Part shown: piece by piece, positions 15,134 through 24,854 of the stretch
Layout: every line of letters begins with the position of its first letter
Numbering within the stretch: the first letter of the stretch is position 1
Virus record (IMG/VR): IMGVR_UViG_3300021956_000001
Reading direction: 5' to 3' (one strand)
DNA length: 64,000 bases
Source of the DNA: a virus
Program-made: the position numbers and the translations under genes
Notes under the pieces: generated by a model
What the model saw: only the letters and a program-made list of their open reading frames with translations
What the model was told of the DNA's origin: nothing
Databases searched by the model: none

Positions 15134-17098
15134 ATGGAAGAAGAAGTAATTATATATGATATTGAAACCATGCAAGAACTATTTCTTGTTGTTTGTATGG
15201 AACCAGGTAAAGCAGGTAAGAGCTTTCAGGTATCTAAATGGAAGAATCAACTAGATGCTTTTGTTAGATATACAGAGAAGCACCCTGATGCTTATTGGGT
15301 AGGTTATAATAATCTACGCTTTGATAGCCAAGTTGTTGAGTGGATATTGAGAAACTATGATAATTGGCATGAGTTAAGTAATTTAGAGATCACTGCTAAG
15401 ATAGCACAGAAAGCTGCAGATGTTATACATGATGCAAACTTTGATGTGTTTCCTGAGTATAGAGAACATGAATTAACACTCAAACAATTAGATCTGTTCA
15501 AGATACATCATTATGACAACAAGAACAGAAGAGTTAGCTTAAAGAGGCTTGAGTTTGAAATGGACCTAGAGAACATTGAAGAGATGCCCATACATCACAC
15601 CAAAACTAACATGACTAAAGAAGAGGTAGAACTCACTATTGATTATTGTTATAATGATGTGGATGCAACTTATGAATTCTATAAAATAACCCTGGGTGAT
15701 ACAGATCATCCACTTTACAAAGGAGATAACCGAATAGAACTGAGAAGAGATATCGAGGAAGAATTTGGTATTCCATGTTTAAACTATTCTGATAGTAAGA
15801 TAGGGGATGAAATGATCAAGAAGTACTATTGTCAAGAGAAAGGTATTGAGTATAGAGAACTTCCAAGAAAAGGATTTTTCAGAAAGAACATAGAAGTTAA
15901 GAATTGCATTGCAAAGTATGTGTGCTTTGAGACAGATCAGTTACATGAATTTCTTAAGAAGATTAAAAAGCTAAATCTCGGTCTTCAGGATGATTTCAAA
16001 GAGCATATAAATTTCCATGGAAATGTATATTCATTTATGAAGGGTGGTCTCCATACAGAGAACAAACCTGAAATCTTTGAAGCTGATGAAGAATACGAGA
16101 TAATCGATTGGGATGTTAGTTCTTACTACCCAGCAATCATTATTAATAACGGTAGATTTCCTGCTCACTTAGGTAAAGAATTCCTTCTTGGATACAAACA
16201 GATGTTTGAGAAGAGATTGGAGCTTAAACCTCAAGCAAAGAAGGATAAACGTATTAAAGGGATTGTTGGAGCACTTAAACTTGCAGTTAACTCTGTATAT
16301 GGTAAGTCATCTGATATGCAAAACTGGATTTATGATAGGCAGTTAACTATGTTCACCACTATAACTGGTGAGCTTAGCTTAATGATGCTTATTGAACAAT
16401 ACGAGTTAAATGGCATACACGTGATCTCTGCAAATACGGATGGTGTAACTATCAAGATTAAGAAAGATCTTATTCCACTCATGCACAGACTTAATGATTG
16501 GTGGTCTGAGTTAACTCAATATGAGTTAGAGCGTACGGATTACAGTAAAATTATCTTTAGTACAGTTAATGATTATTTAGCAATTAAAACCGATGGAGAG
16601 ATTAAAAAGAAAGGTGATTTCCTTACTGACTTTGAGCTTCATAAGAACAAATCAGCGAGAATTGTTCCTATTGCTCTTGAGCGTTATTTTGTTGATGGTG
16701 TGCCTGTGGAGGATACGATATGTAATCATGATAATCTATATGATTTCTGCATAAGACAGAAAGCATCTAGAGACTTTCATTACGAGGGCATTGATAGATC
16801 CACAGGAGAAACAATTGTATTTGATAAACTAATACGTTACTATGTATCTGATGAGGGAGTGAAACTGCTTAAAATCAAGAACGAGAGCTGTCAGACTAAA
16901 GCTGCAAAGATTAGTCAGGTGGAAGCTGGTGAATGGTTAGCAACAGTTTGTAACTTCTTACCAAAGAATACAAAAGTAGAAGGTGTAAACTATAAGTATT
17001 ACATTGAAAAAGCTGAAAGAATAATCAATAAGATTAAAACTGGAGGTAGCAGACGTATGGTTATTGTAGATCCTAATCAATTAAATTTATTTGGATAA
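15134..17098 (+). CDS. family B DNA polymerase with 3'-5' exonuclease
   Basis: ExoI YDIET, ExoII NNLRFD, ExoIII YCYNDVDATY; motif A DVSSYYPAII, motif B KLAVNSVYGK, motif C SANTDGV. Confidence 0.85.
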   Translation: MEEEVIIYDIETMQELFLVVCMEPGKAGKSFQVSKWKNQLDAFVRYTEKHPDAYWVGYNNLRFDSQVVEWILRNYDNWHELSNLEITAKIAQKAADVIHDANFDVFPEYREHELTLKQLDLFKIHHYDNKNRRVSLKRLEFEMDLENIEEMPIHHTKTNMTKEEVELTIDYCYNDVDATYEFYKITLGDTDHPLYKGDNRIELRRDIEEEFGIPCLNYSDSKIGDEMIKKYYCQEKGIEYRELPRKGFFRKNIEVKNCIAKYVCFETDQLHEFLKKIKKLNLGLQDDFKEHINFHGNVYSFMKGGLHTENKPEIFEADEEYEIIDWDVSSYYPAIIINNGRFPAHLGKEFLLGYKQMFEKRLELKPQAKKDKRIKGIVGALKLAVNSVYGKSSDMQNWIYDRQLTMFTTITGELSLMMLIEQYELNGIHVISANTDGVTIKIKKDLIPLMHRLNDWWSELTQYELERTDYSKIIFSTVNDYLAIKTDGEIKKKGDFLTDFELHKNKSARIVPIALERYFVDGVPVEDTICNHDNLYDFCIRQKASRDFHYEGIDRSTGETIVFDKLIRYYVSDEGVKLLKIKNESCQTKAAKISQVEAGEWLATVCNFLPKNTKVEGVNYKYYIEKAERIINKIKTGGSRRMVIVDPNQLNLFG

Positions 17099-17100
17099 AT

Positions 17101-17373
17101 ATGGAAAAAAAGAAAACAATCAATCGTAACAACATTACAAATCATCTAATCGAATACCAACTCAATATGATAGGTAAGACAGTTGATGAAATTGAAACTG
17201 ATGAACTTTGGTATTCTAATAACACCATGAGTCCAGAACAACATGAGGAATTCAAAGCTTATGCTATTCCTCTATTAAAAAAAGTATTTAAGTTTAACAA
17301 AACGAAGGCATTACAAACATTCAGTTGGTTTGATTTGTCATATGGTCTTCGTATTAATCCTGAACAATTATGA
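17101..17373 (+). CDS. hypothetical protein (90 aa)
   Basis: ATG ORF 2 nt after polymerase stop. Confidence 0.55.
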   Translation: MEKKKTINRNNITNHLIEYQLNMIGKTVDEIETDELWYSNNTMSPEQHEEFKAYAIPLLKKVFKFNKTKALQTFSWFDLSYGLRINPEQL

Positions 17374-17645
17374 ACATGTTAGAAATTTTATTTGTTGCAT
17401 TACCAGTTGTTGCATTAGTTGCAGCACTAAGTTTGTTCTTTTATCATTCGAAAGATAGAGAGTATACAATTACATTGAACATTGAGTCTGAAGAAGAACA
17501 AGCTCCCATTACATCAGAACTTGTAGCTAAGCCTAAAAGACGTTATAAAAAACGTAAAAAGAAAGCTCCAGTAGCAGCACCAGCAGCTCCTGAAGTTATT
17601 CCTGTAGCTACTAAAAGAGTAGGAAGACCTAGAAAAACTACATAA
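17370..17645 (+). CDS. membrane-anchored basic protein with AT-hook
   Basis: N-terminal TM ILFVALPVVALVAALSLFFY; basic tail KPKRRYKKRKKK..KRVGRPRKTT (GRP core AT-hook). Confidence 0.6.
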   Translation: MNMLEILFVALPVVALVAALSLFFYHSKDREYTITLNIESEEEQAPITSELVAKPKRRYKKRKKKAPVAAPAAPEVIPVATKRVGRPRKTT

Positions 17646-17839
17646 TGGATTGGTTGCTTCAAGATTGGGAGCATGAGTATCCCAAGGATGAAATCTATGC
17701 TATGGAAAGACAGCATCAGATAGAATTAGAATGGCAACAATGGGAAGAAGAAGAGGCTTCTAAAAGAAGAAAGCCTGCATTAATCAAAGTTTTAACACCA
17801 AAGAAAGATGAAGTTACACATAACACCTCAACAATTTGA
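17645..17839 (+). CDS. hypothetical protein (64 aa)
   Basis: TAATG overlap. Confidence 0.5.
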   Translation: MDWLLQDWEHEYPKDEIYAMERQHQIELEWQQWEEEEASKRRKPALIKVLTPKKDEVTHNTSTI

Positions 17840-18437
17840 GGAACTCATCAAAAGAAGTTATAACCTAGATATCATTTATTTATTAAAGCTAATAGAGGAG
17901 CAGTATGACATTGCTCCTCTTTATGCTGATAGCATGAAAATATCAGCATTATATCAGTCTTTAATAAGAAAAGGATTGATCACTGAGACAGATGAAAAGC
18001 TGACAGTGTTAGGGAAAGATCTTTTAGAGTTTGTAGGAGCAAAGGATTCCAAGAAGATAATCAAAAGAAAACCTGCAACAACAGATTTTGAAGAATGGTG
18101 GAAGACTTATCCAGGTACAGATTCCTTTGAGTATAAAGGAAAGACGTTCAAAGGTACCAGAGCTATTAGAAAGGGTAAGGATGAATGTAGATTGAAGTTT
18201 GATAAGATTATACTAGAGGGAGATTATACAGCTGCACAGCTTATAGAAGCTCTCAAGTATGAAATCTTACAAAAGAAAGAAGCTTCTGTTGCTACTAATA
18301 GTAATAGAATGACATTCATGCAAGGATCTTCTGTATATCTAAATCAAAGAGCATTCGAAGCTTACATAGAACTTATTAATGAAGGTGCTACAATAGAAGA
18401 ATCACCAGATAAACCAGAAGGAGGTACAGACATATGA
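17808..18437 (+). CDS. hypothetical protein upstream of helicase (possible loader; unsupported)
   Basis: ATG ORF, ATGA-coupled to helicase gene. Confidence 0.55.
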   Translation: MKLHITPQQFEELIKRSYNLDIIYLLKLIEEQYDIAPLYADSMKISALYQSLIRKGLITETDEKLTVLGKDLLEFVGAKDSKKIIKRKPATTDFEEWWKTYPGTDSFEYKGKTFKGTRAIRKGKDECRLKFDKIILEGDYTAAQLIEALKYEILQKKEASVATNSNRMTFMQGSSVYLNQRAFEAYIELINEGATIEESPDKPEGGTDI

Positions 18438-19498
18438 GTTTTGACTTATTAAAAGCAGAAGTAGAAAAAGGACTTGCTGATAAGAATGGTGGTATACCAA
18501 TGGGTTTTGATAGGCTTAGCCGCTATGTTGGGATCAGAAAAGGTATGTACTATCTTGTTGGTGGTAATACTGGTTCTGGTAAAACATCATTTATAGATGA
18601 TGCATTTGTTCTTAATCCAATTGATTGGGCCCTATCTAAAGAAGGAAAAGCTTCTGGTATCACTGTGAAGGTTTGGTATAGATCTATGGAAAGAAGTAGA
18701 ACTTACAAAATGGCTAAATGGGTAACCAGAAAGATTTTTATTGACCAAGGAATAATCATTCCTGTTAATAAGCTTCTTGGTTGGACAGAGAAAATGACCA
18801 AAGATGAACATGACTTATTCTTGTATTATGAAGATTACATGAAGGAGCTAGAAGAATGTGTTACAATCATCGATGGTCCAGAGAATCCTGTTGGTATAGC
18901 CAAAGAACTTAAAGCTTATGCTGAAGAGAGAGGAACTATAGAAAAGATTGACAAGTATAATAGTATTTATGTTCCCAATAATCCAAATGAAATAACTCTT
19001 GTAGTTGTAGATCATATTGGTTTGTTAAAGACAACTAAAGACCAGCCTACTAAAAAGGAAGCTATTGATAAGATGTCTGATGAATTACGTTATGCTAGAG
19101 ATTTCTATGGATATAGTCCTGTAGTGGTGAGTCAGTTCAATAGATCTATTTCTAATCCAATGAGGATTAAGAATGGTGATGTTGAGCCTCAACTAGAAGA
19201 TTTTGCAGAATCATCAAGTACACAAAATGATGCTGATGTTGTGATGGCTTTATTTGATCCTATGAGATATAAGGTACCAGATCCTTCTGGATATAACCTA
19301 GATAAGCTTAAGGATGAATATGGAGCTAAGTATTTCAGAAGTGTCAGAGTTATTAAGAATTCTTATGGTGAAGATGATCTTAGAATAGGACTAGGCTTCT
19401 TAGGCCAAGTTGGTATGTTCAAAGAGCTTCCTAGAAAGAAAGACATAACAGATGATGATTATGCAGCAGTTATTAACAAATCATATTTTCTTAGATAA
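18434..19498 (+). CDS. DnaB-like replicative helicase (RecA-fold C-terminal domain only)
   Basis: Walker A GGNTGSGKTSF, Walker B VVVDHIGLL, SQFNR, acidic ESSSTQNDADVV. Confidence 0.75.
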   Translation: MSFDLLKAEVEKGLADKNGGIPMGFDRLSRYVGIRKGMYYLVGGNTGSGKTSFIDDAFVLNPIDWALSKEGKASGITVKVWYRSMERSRTYKMAKWVTRKIFIDQGIIIPVNKLLGWTEKMTKDEHDLFLYYEDYMKELEECVTIIDGPENPVGIAKELKAYAEERGTIEKIDKYNSIYVPNNPNEITLVVVDHIGLLKTTKDQPTKKEAIDKMSDELRYARDFYGYSPVVVSQFNRSISNPMRIKNGDVEPQLEDFAESSSTQNDADVVMALFDPMRYKVPDPSGYNLDKLKDEYGAKYFRSVRVIKNSYGEDDLRIGLGFLGQVGMFKELPRKKDITDDDYAAVINKSYFLR

Positions 19499-19500
19499 AC

Positions 19501-19716
19501 ATGGAAGGAACCAAATTAGAATTTTGGAAAGATGGAGAATATACTGCTCAGGGAGGATATTTTGTCAGAAACAATTTAAAAGAGTTCATGCAAATGATAA
19601 TTGATAGTGGTAAAGAACCAGTAGGAGTTATTGTAGATCTTGAATCTTTTAATTTAGAAGTAATTGTAAAAGCAGAACTAGATGAACTTAGAGAAACTAC
19701 AGGAGATCAAGAGTGA
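19501..19716 (+). CDS. hypothetical protein (71 aa)
   Basis: ATG ORF. Confidence 0.5.
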   Translation: MEGTKLEFWKDGEYTAQGGYFVRNNLKEFMQMIIDSGKEPVGVIVDLESFNLEVIVKAELDELRETTGDQE

Positions 19717-19897
19717 AGTTAACAGATTTCAAAACACAATAGATGAAGCTATTGCTTTAGCAAAACTAACTCCTGGTCACACTATTGGAAGTGGTACATA
19801 TCTTTATGGTAAACATGACATCTCTGGAACTAGAATGTCAGGAGCTGTTAAAAGAAGAGCTCTAGATCTTAAATATTATTTAACAAAGAAACTATGA
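19682..19897 (+). CDS. hypothetical protein (71 aa)
   Basis: ATG ORF; 35-nt overlap with upstream gene lowers confidence. Confidence 0.4.
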   Translation: MNLEKLQEIKSEVNRFQNTIDEAIALAKLTPGHTIGSGTYLYGKHDISGTRMSGAVKRRALDLKYYLTKKL

Positions 19898-20148
19898 GAA
19901 AATTAATTACATTATTGGCACTGATACTATTTATAAGTTGTGACAAGATACCTGAAAAAAGACTTTTTTATAAGTACAAAAAAGGAGATATAGTTTATTT
20001 AAGACTAGATGGGACTAAAATTATGATAGAAAGCCCACTTTTATTTATTGAAGAAGAGCCTACTTATAGAGTTTATTACAAAAATAATGATGGGTCATAT
20101 TCTTCAGATATTATTCAAGAATTTTGCTTAACCAATAAACCTCAATAA
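19894..20148 (+). CDS. small lipoprotein (84 aa)
   Basis: MRKLITLLALILFISC-DK signal peptide with lipobox-like FISC. Confidence 0.55.
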   Translation: MRKLITLLALILFISCDKIPEKRLFYKYKKGDIVYLRLDGTKIMIESPLLFIEEEPTYRVYYKNNDGSYSSDIIQEFCLTNKPQ

Positions 20149-20150
20149 CT

Positions 20151-21227
20151 ATGACAATAAGAGACAAGAGGCAGAAGGAGTTTGCTGATGTGTGGCTCAA
20201 ACATGGTAAGTTTGGTATATTGAATCTATGTCCAAGATTTGGTAAGATTAGAACTAGTATACATGCTTTAAAGAAACTAAAGCCTGAAAGCATATTAATT
20301 GCTTATCCAGATAACAAGATCAAAGAGTCTTGGCAAGCTGATTTTGAAGAACTAGGATTTGATGACAGTATTGTCACATATACTACACACTTATCATTAA
20401 AGAAGCTTGCTGATCAAAGTTTTGATGTTGTAATCATTGATGAAATCCATCTATTGAGCGAGGCTCAAATAGAAGTGTGTAAGGATCTGTTTGATGTTAA
20501 TGGACAGATTCTTGGTTTAACTGGTACATTATCCAGTTGGACAGAAAGAACCCTAGAGGAAGAACTTGATCTTCATGTATTAGCACATTACCCAATTGAG
20601 AAAGCGATTGATGAAGGAGTTATTGTGGATTATGAAATACATGTAGTGAGAGTACCTTTAGATAACACTACAATGCAAGACTATAAAGGAAAGCAAAAGA
20701 CTGAAAAGAAACAGTTCGATGCTCTTACCTGGGTAGTCAATAAACTGCAGAATAGTGGAAGTGATACAATGTTTATGAGACTTGCAAGAATGCGACTTAT
20801 TCAATCCTCTTTAGCTAAAAGAAATGCTACAAAAGCATTACTTGCTAAACATGAAGATGAAAGAGTGTTAGTATTCTGTGGTACAACAAAAGTGGCAGAT
20901 GATCTTGGTATTCCTTCCTATCATAGTAAATCCAGTGAGAAACAAATGTTTGCTGATTTTGCTGAAGGGAAAGGTAATCACCTTGCTGTTGTTAAGATTG
21001 GTAACACAGGTGTAACTTATAAACCATTAAACAAAGTGATTATAAACTATTTTGATAGTAATGCAGAGAACTTAGCTCAGAAAATAAACAGATGTATGGC
21101 TATGGAGTATAACACTCCAGATAAGAAAGCACATATTTATATAGTGAGTAGTAATGAACCTGTAGAACTTAAATGGTTAAACAAAGCACTAGAATTCTTT
21201 GACAAAGACAAGATAAAATATGTATAA
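20151..21227 (+). CDS. superfamily 2 DEXH-box helicase
   Basis: Motif I PRFGKIRT, motif II VIIDEIH, motif III LTGT; two-lobe size. Confidence 0.7.
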   Translation: MTIRDKRQKEFADVWLKHGKFGILNLCPRFGKIRTSIHALKKLKPESILIAYPDNKIKESWQADFEELGFDDSIVTYTTHLSLKKLADQSFDVVIIDEIHLLSEAQIEVCKDLFDVNGQILGLTGTLSSWTERTLEEELDLHVLAHYPIEKAIDEGVIVDYEIHVVRVPLDNTTMQDYKGKQKTEKKQFDALTWVVNKLQNSGSDTMFMRLARMRLIQSSLAKRNATKALLAKHEDERVLVFCGTTKVADDLGIPSYHSKSSEKQMFADFAEGKGNHLAVVKIGNTGVTYKPLNKVIINYFDSNAENLAQKINRCMAMEYNTPDKKAHIYIVSSNEPVELKWLNKALEFFDKDKIKYV

Positions 21228-21286
21228 TTAAAAAAATTATTCGTATCTTTATACAACAAAAATCAATAATTAATTAAAGTAAAACT

Positions 21287-21481
21287 ATGAGCACATTTTT
21301 AGAAAGATTAGAACAAGAAGAAAAAGAACTAGCTAGTAAAGCAATTAAATTAAGTGAATTTCTAACAACTGATGCCTATCAAGAATTATCTGATGGAAAT
21401 CAATATCTTCTTCAAAAACAATTAGAAGTAATGTCGGAGTATGTTAACATACTAGGAACAAGAATTGAATTAAATAAATAA
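21287..21481 (+). CDS. hypothetical coiled-coil protein (64 aa)
   Basis: ATG ORF. Confidence 0.5.
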   Translation: MSTFLERLEQEEKELASKAIKLSEFLTTDAYQELSDGNQYLLQKQLEVMSEYVNILGTRIELNK

Positions 21482-21497
21482 TTAAAGCAAGTAAACA

Positions 21498-22169
21498 ATG
21501 GCAAGCAAATTAGTAGGAATTGTAGGTGCTACAGGTACTGGAAAGTCAACAAGTATCAAGCATTTAAATCCAGATGAAACGTATATTATTAATGTTGCAA
21601 AGAAAGAACTTCCTTTCAAAGGATCTGAAAAGCTTTACAACGTAGAAAAGAAGAACTACAAAGAAGTAGATGATGCAAATGAGATTACAAGATTATTACG
21701 TGTGATTTCAGACAAAGCTCCTCACATTAAGAACATTGTAATTGAAGATTCAAATTACATCATGGGATTTAATATGGTGGCTAAAGCTACTGAAACAGGA
21801 TTTACTAAGTTTAGTGTTATGGCTAAAGATATGGTGGATCTATTCAGAACAGCTAGAATGTTACGTGATGACATCACAGTGTTCTATTTAACTCACCCAG
21901 AAACTGTTGAAGATGGTGGAGAGATTATTGGATACAAAATTAAAACAGCAGGTAAGTTGATTGATAATCAAGTGTTACTAGAAGGACTTCTAACTGTGTG
22001 TCTTTACACTAATGTAGAAGAAAACAAAGATGGATCTGCATCATATGGTTTCATTACCAATAGATACAGAAAATATCCAGCAAAGAGTCCAGATGGAATG
22101 TTTGAGGACTTAAAAATTCCAAATGATTTGCAATTTGTTGCAGATAGTCTAACAGAATATTATAACTAA
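21498..22169 (+). CDS. single-domain P-loop ATPase, Sak4/AAA_24-like recombination protein
   Basis: Walker A GATGTGKST, Walker B NIVIEDS; ~220 aa; near an SSB-like gene. Confidence 0.5.
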   Translation: MASKLVGIVGATGTGKSTSIKHLNPDETYIINVAKKELPFKGSEKLYNVEKKNYKEVDDANEITRLLRVISDKAPHIKNIVIEDSNYIMGFNMVAKATETGFTKFSVMAKDMVDLFRTARMLRDDITVFYLTHPETVEDGGEIIGYKIKTAGKLIDNQVLLEGLLTVCLYTNVEENKDGSASYGFITNRYRKYPAKSPDGMFEDLKIPNDLQFVADSLTEYYN

Positions 22170-22181
22170 AAACCAAAAATT

Positions 22182-22463
22182 ATGAATGGAGATAATGCAG
22201 GACCAATACAAAGACCTATGACAGGTAATGTGGATCAAATAGATTCACCAAAAGAATACAGACCATCTAATAAAGATGTACTTAGAGATTATTCAGTTCA
22301 AATTGAATTTTTATCAATAGGATGTCTTATTAGAGTGGGATGTAAATCAATTCCTTTTCATACAGTAAAGGAAGCAATGAAAGCATTGAATGATTATGTA
22401 GCTAATCCATATGAAACTAGAATGATATGGGAAGAAAGATTTGCTAAAGACGAAGAACTATAA
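22182..22463 (+). CDS. hypothetical protein (93 aa)
   Basis: ATG ORF. Confidence 0.55.
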   Translation: MNGDNAGPIQRPMTGNVDQIDSPKEYRPSNKDVLRDYSVQIEFLSIGCLIRVGCKSIPFHTVKEAMKALNDYVANPYETRMIWEERFAKDEEL

Positions 22464-22496
22464 TTAATAAATAAAAACTAAATTAAAATTAAAGCT

Positions 22497-23372
22497 ATGA
22501 GTGGTATTGGAGGAACAAGAAGAGAATCAACAGGTGGAGAAGGTAACTTTTCAAAGAAAGTTGGTTTATTTGAAGCAAATGTAATTGCAATTAACCCTAC
22601 AATTGAGGAGTTTAAAGATGTCATTGGTATGGAACTTAAAGAAGACAGCAAAGCTGCTGAGTATTTAGGTGATACTAAAGATGGAAACACCTATTTACGT
22701 GTAGATATGTGGTTAGAAGAAGTTAAAACTAAAGAAAAGTTCAAGACTACATTCTTCTTAGAGGACAAAGAACGTGAAAACAAAGATGGAACTAAGAAAC
22801 AATATATCAATTCTGTTGGTATGTGTTCTTGGGCAGGTGATGAGAATGATCTTGCTGATTGGTTTACAAAAGATAGAGACTATCGTGTAGCTTATACAGG
22901 TGAAGAAGATCTTTATAACTTCTTACGTACATGGTTAGGAGGATTAGATTATCGTCATGCAGAAACCACTCTTATGTTAGAATGGAAAAAGTTGATGAGA
23001 GGTAATGTTAAAGACCTGAGAGATCAAATCAATGGTGAGTGGTGTAACACAGTTGTAGCTATGGCTACAGTGATCACTAAAGAAAGAGATGGTGAACCAA
23101 AAGAATATCAAGGTGTATTTAATAAAGCTTTCATTGGTGGATATGCTATGAAGCAATTCCGTAATATTGACTACAACAACAAACGCACACAAGCAGATCT
23201 TAAGAATAAGAAACCACGTGATTTGAAAGGTCATGAGAAATTTGTTCTTAGTGTTGCTGGAGAATATGGTTGTAAAGACTATTTTATATTCTCAGACTTA
23301 CAAGAGTATAATGCTGATGACAATTTAGTTGCATCTGATGATTATTTATCAGACGATGGTGGAGACTATTAG
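22497..23372 (+). CDS. putative ssDNA-binding protein
   Basis: Acidic tail ending in an aromatic residue (..SDDYLSDDGGDY*), as in E. coli SSB and T7 gp2.5 C-termini; position between recombination ATPase and primase. Confidence 0.45.
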   Translation: MSGIGGTRRESTGGEGNFSKKVGLFEANVIAINPTIEEFKDVIGMELKEDSKAAEYLGDTKDGNTYLRVDMWLEEVKTKEKFKTTFFLEDKERENKDGTKKQYINSVGMCSWAGDENDLADWFTKDRDYRVAYTGEEDLYNFLRTWLGGLDYRHAETTLMLEWKKLMRGNVKDLRDQINGEWCNTVVAMATVITKERDGEPKEYQGVFNKAFIGGYAMKQFRNIDYNNKRTQADLKNKKPRDLKGHEKFVLSVAGEYGCKDYFIFSDLQEYNADDNLVASDDYLSDDGGDY

Positions 23373-23395
23373 TCTAATTTAAATAGATAGATAGA

Positions 23396-23422
23396 GCCCT
23401 TGCAGAAATGTAAGGGCTTTTT
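23396..23422 (+). terminator. rho-independent terminator
   Basis: GCCCTT (23396-401) / AAGGGC (23412-17) then TTTTT. Confidence 0.65.
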
Positions 23423-23440
23423 CATCTAAACTATAGAGCT

Positions 23441-24445
23441 ATGATAAAAGGAGTAAGAAGAACAAGTTTAACAGCAGAGGCTATACTTGATAAGATTTCT
23501 GATTATGACATCTTTCGTTTCTATATGCCACATCAGAATTGGAGAATTAATTCTGTAACAAACTCTCCCTTTAGAAAAGATAATCATCCTTCCTTCTTAA
23601 TAGGATATAAGTCCAAGAATCTAACATTTATAGATTTTGGTGACAGTAGTATTAAAGGAGATTGTTTTGAATTTGTGAAGAAGTTGTTCAGGTTACCAAC
23701 ATTCGATGATGCATTACGAATGATTGATAGAGATTTTGATCTCGGTATTGCAACTGGTACATCTACACAGAATTATGTAAGAATAATTTCTGATTATGCT
23801 CAACCAACAGCAACAATGAAACGTGAGTATTTTATTCAGGTAAAAGCCAGAAAGTTTACACATGAAGAACTTGCATATTGGAATGAGTATTATCAAGATA
23901 TAGATGACCTCAGAGAGAACAATGTGTACTCAATAGATACAGTTTACCTAAACAAGAAGAAGTTTCCTCTAAAGGACACAGAATTGCGTTTTGGGTATCT
24001 ATATGAAGGACATTGGAAGATTTATAGACCGTTTGCTGACAAGAAAACCAAATGGATGCCTAATAATGTTCCTATCACCATGATGGATGGCCTACAAGAC
24101 ATAAAAGATTGTGATGTAGCATTCATTAACAAGAGTAAGAAAGATTATATGGTAATGAAAAAGATCTATCCTTGTTGTTGTGCTGTCCAAAATGAAGGTA
24201 TGGGATGTTTCTCTGAAGAGAATGTTGCATATCTAAAAGAGAATTCCGATAGACAGATACTAAGCTTTGATTCTGATGAGACTGGTGTGAAGAACTCACA
24301 ACAGATTACAGATAAGTTTGGATTTGAATATTGCAATGTTCCTAGATTATATTTAGGAGAAGGAATTAAAGATTGGGCAGACTTAGCACGAGTGCATGGA
24401 TTAAAAACAATAGAAAAATATTTAACACAGAAAGACATAATATGA
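23441..24445 (+). CDS. DnaG-like primase (TOPRIM) with degenerate zinc-binding region
   Basis: SPFRKDNHPSFLI...FIDFGDSSIKGDCFEFV parallels DnaG CPFHxExTPSF...CFGCGxxGD but lacks most Cys; acidic TOPRIM motif ILSFDSDETG. Confidence 0.65.
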   Translation: MIKGVRRTSLTAEAILDKISDYDIFRFYMPHQNWRINSVTNSPFRKDNHPSFLIGYKSKNLTFIDFGDSSIKGDCFEFVKKLFRLPTFDDALRMIDRDFDLGIATGTSTQNYVRIISDYAQPTATMKREYFIQVKARKFTHEELAYWNEYYQDIDDLRENNVYSIDTVYLNKKKFPLKDTELRFGYLYEGHWKIYRPFADKKTKWMPNNVPITMMDGLQDIKDCDVAFINKSKKDYMVMKKIYPCCCAVQNEGMGCFSEENVAYLKENSDRQILSFDSDETGVKNSQQITDKFGFEYCNVPRLYLGEGIKDWADLARVHGLKTIEKYLTQKDII

Positions 24446-24615
24446 TACTAGAAATTAATGACGACAACATTTACTTCTTAGAAGAAACTATCAAAGAGAA
24501 TGTAGAATGGTTATACACAACAGAAGATGATGAGGTGGAGTGTATAGGTGTAGAAAACTTAGAAGTTATTCTTAGTAAGTTTTTAGGTAAACAAGTAACT
24601 CTTCAACAAAGATAA
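24442..24615 (+). CDS. hypothetical protein (57 aa)
   Basis: Start moved to ATG 24442 (MILEINDDN..), ATGA overlap with the primase stop; track start 24373 would overlap 73 nt. Confidence 0.45.
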   Translation: MILEINDDNIYFLEETIKENVEWLYTTEDDEVECIGVENLEVILSKFLGKQVTLQQR

Positions 24616-24617
24616 TT

Positions 24618-24854
24618 ATGGACAGAGGATTAGAAAGACAAGCAAATGATGCTGTATCAACAATTAATGAATTAGTTTCATTTGTTGAATCATTAGAATC
24701 AGAAGTTGAAACTTTTCAAGCTCAAAACGAACTTTTAGAAGATAAAAATCAAGAATTAGAAGAACGTGTATCTGAATTAGAAGCTCAAGTGGAAGAACTT
24801 GAAAAAGCATTAGTAACATTAGACATTAAACCATGGACACAAAGTATGCAGTAA
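24618..24854 (+). CDS. acidic coiled-coil protein (78 aa)
   Basis: E/L-rich heptads (ELLEDKNQELEERVSELEAQVEELEKAL). Confidence 0.55.
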   Translation: MDRGLERQANDAVSTINELVSFVESLESEVETFQAQNELLEDKNQELEERVSELEAQVEELEKALVTLDIKPWTQSMQ

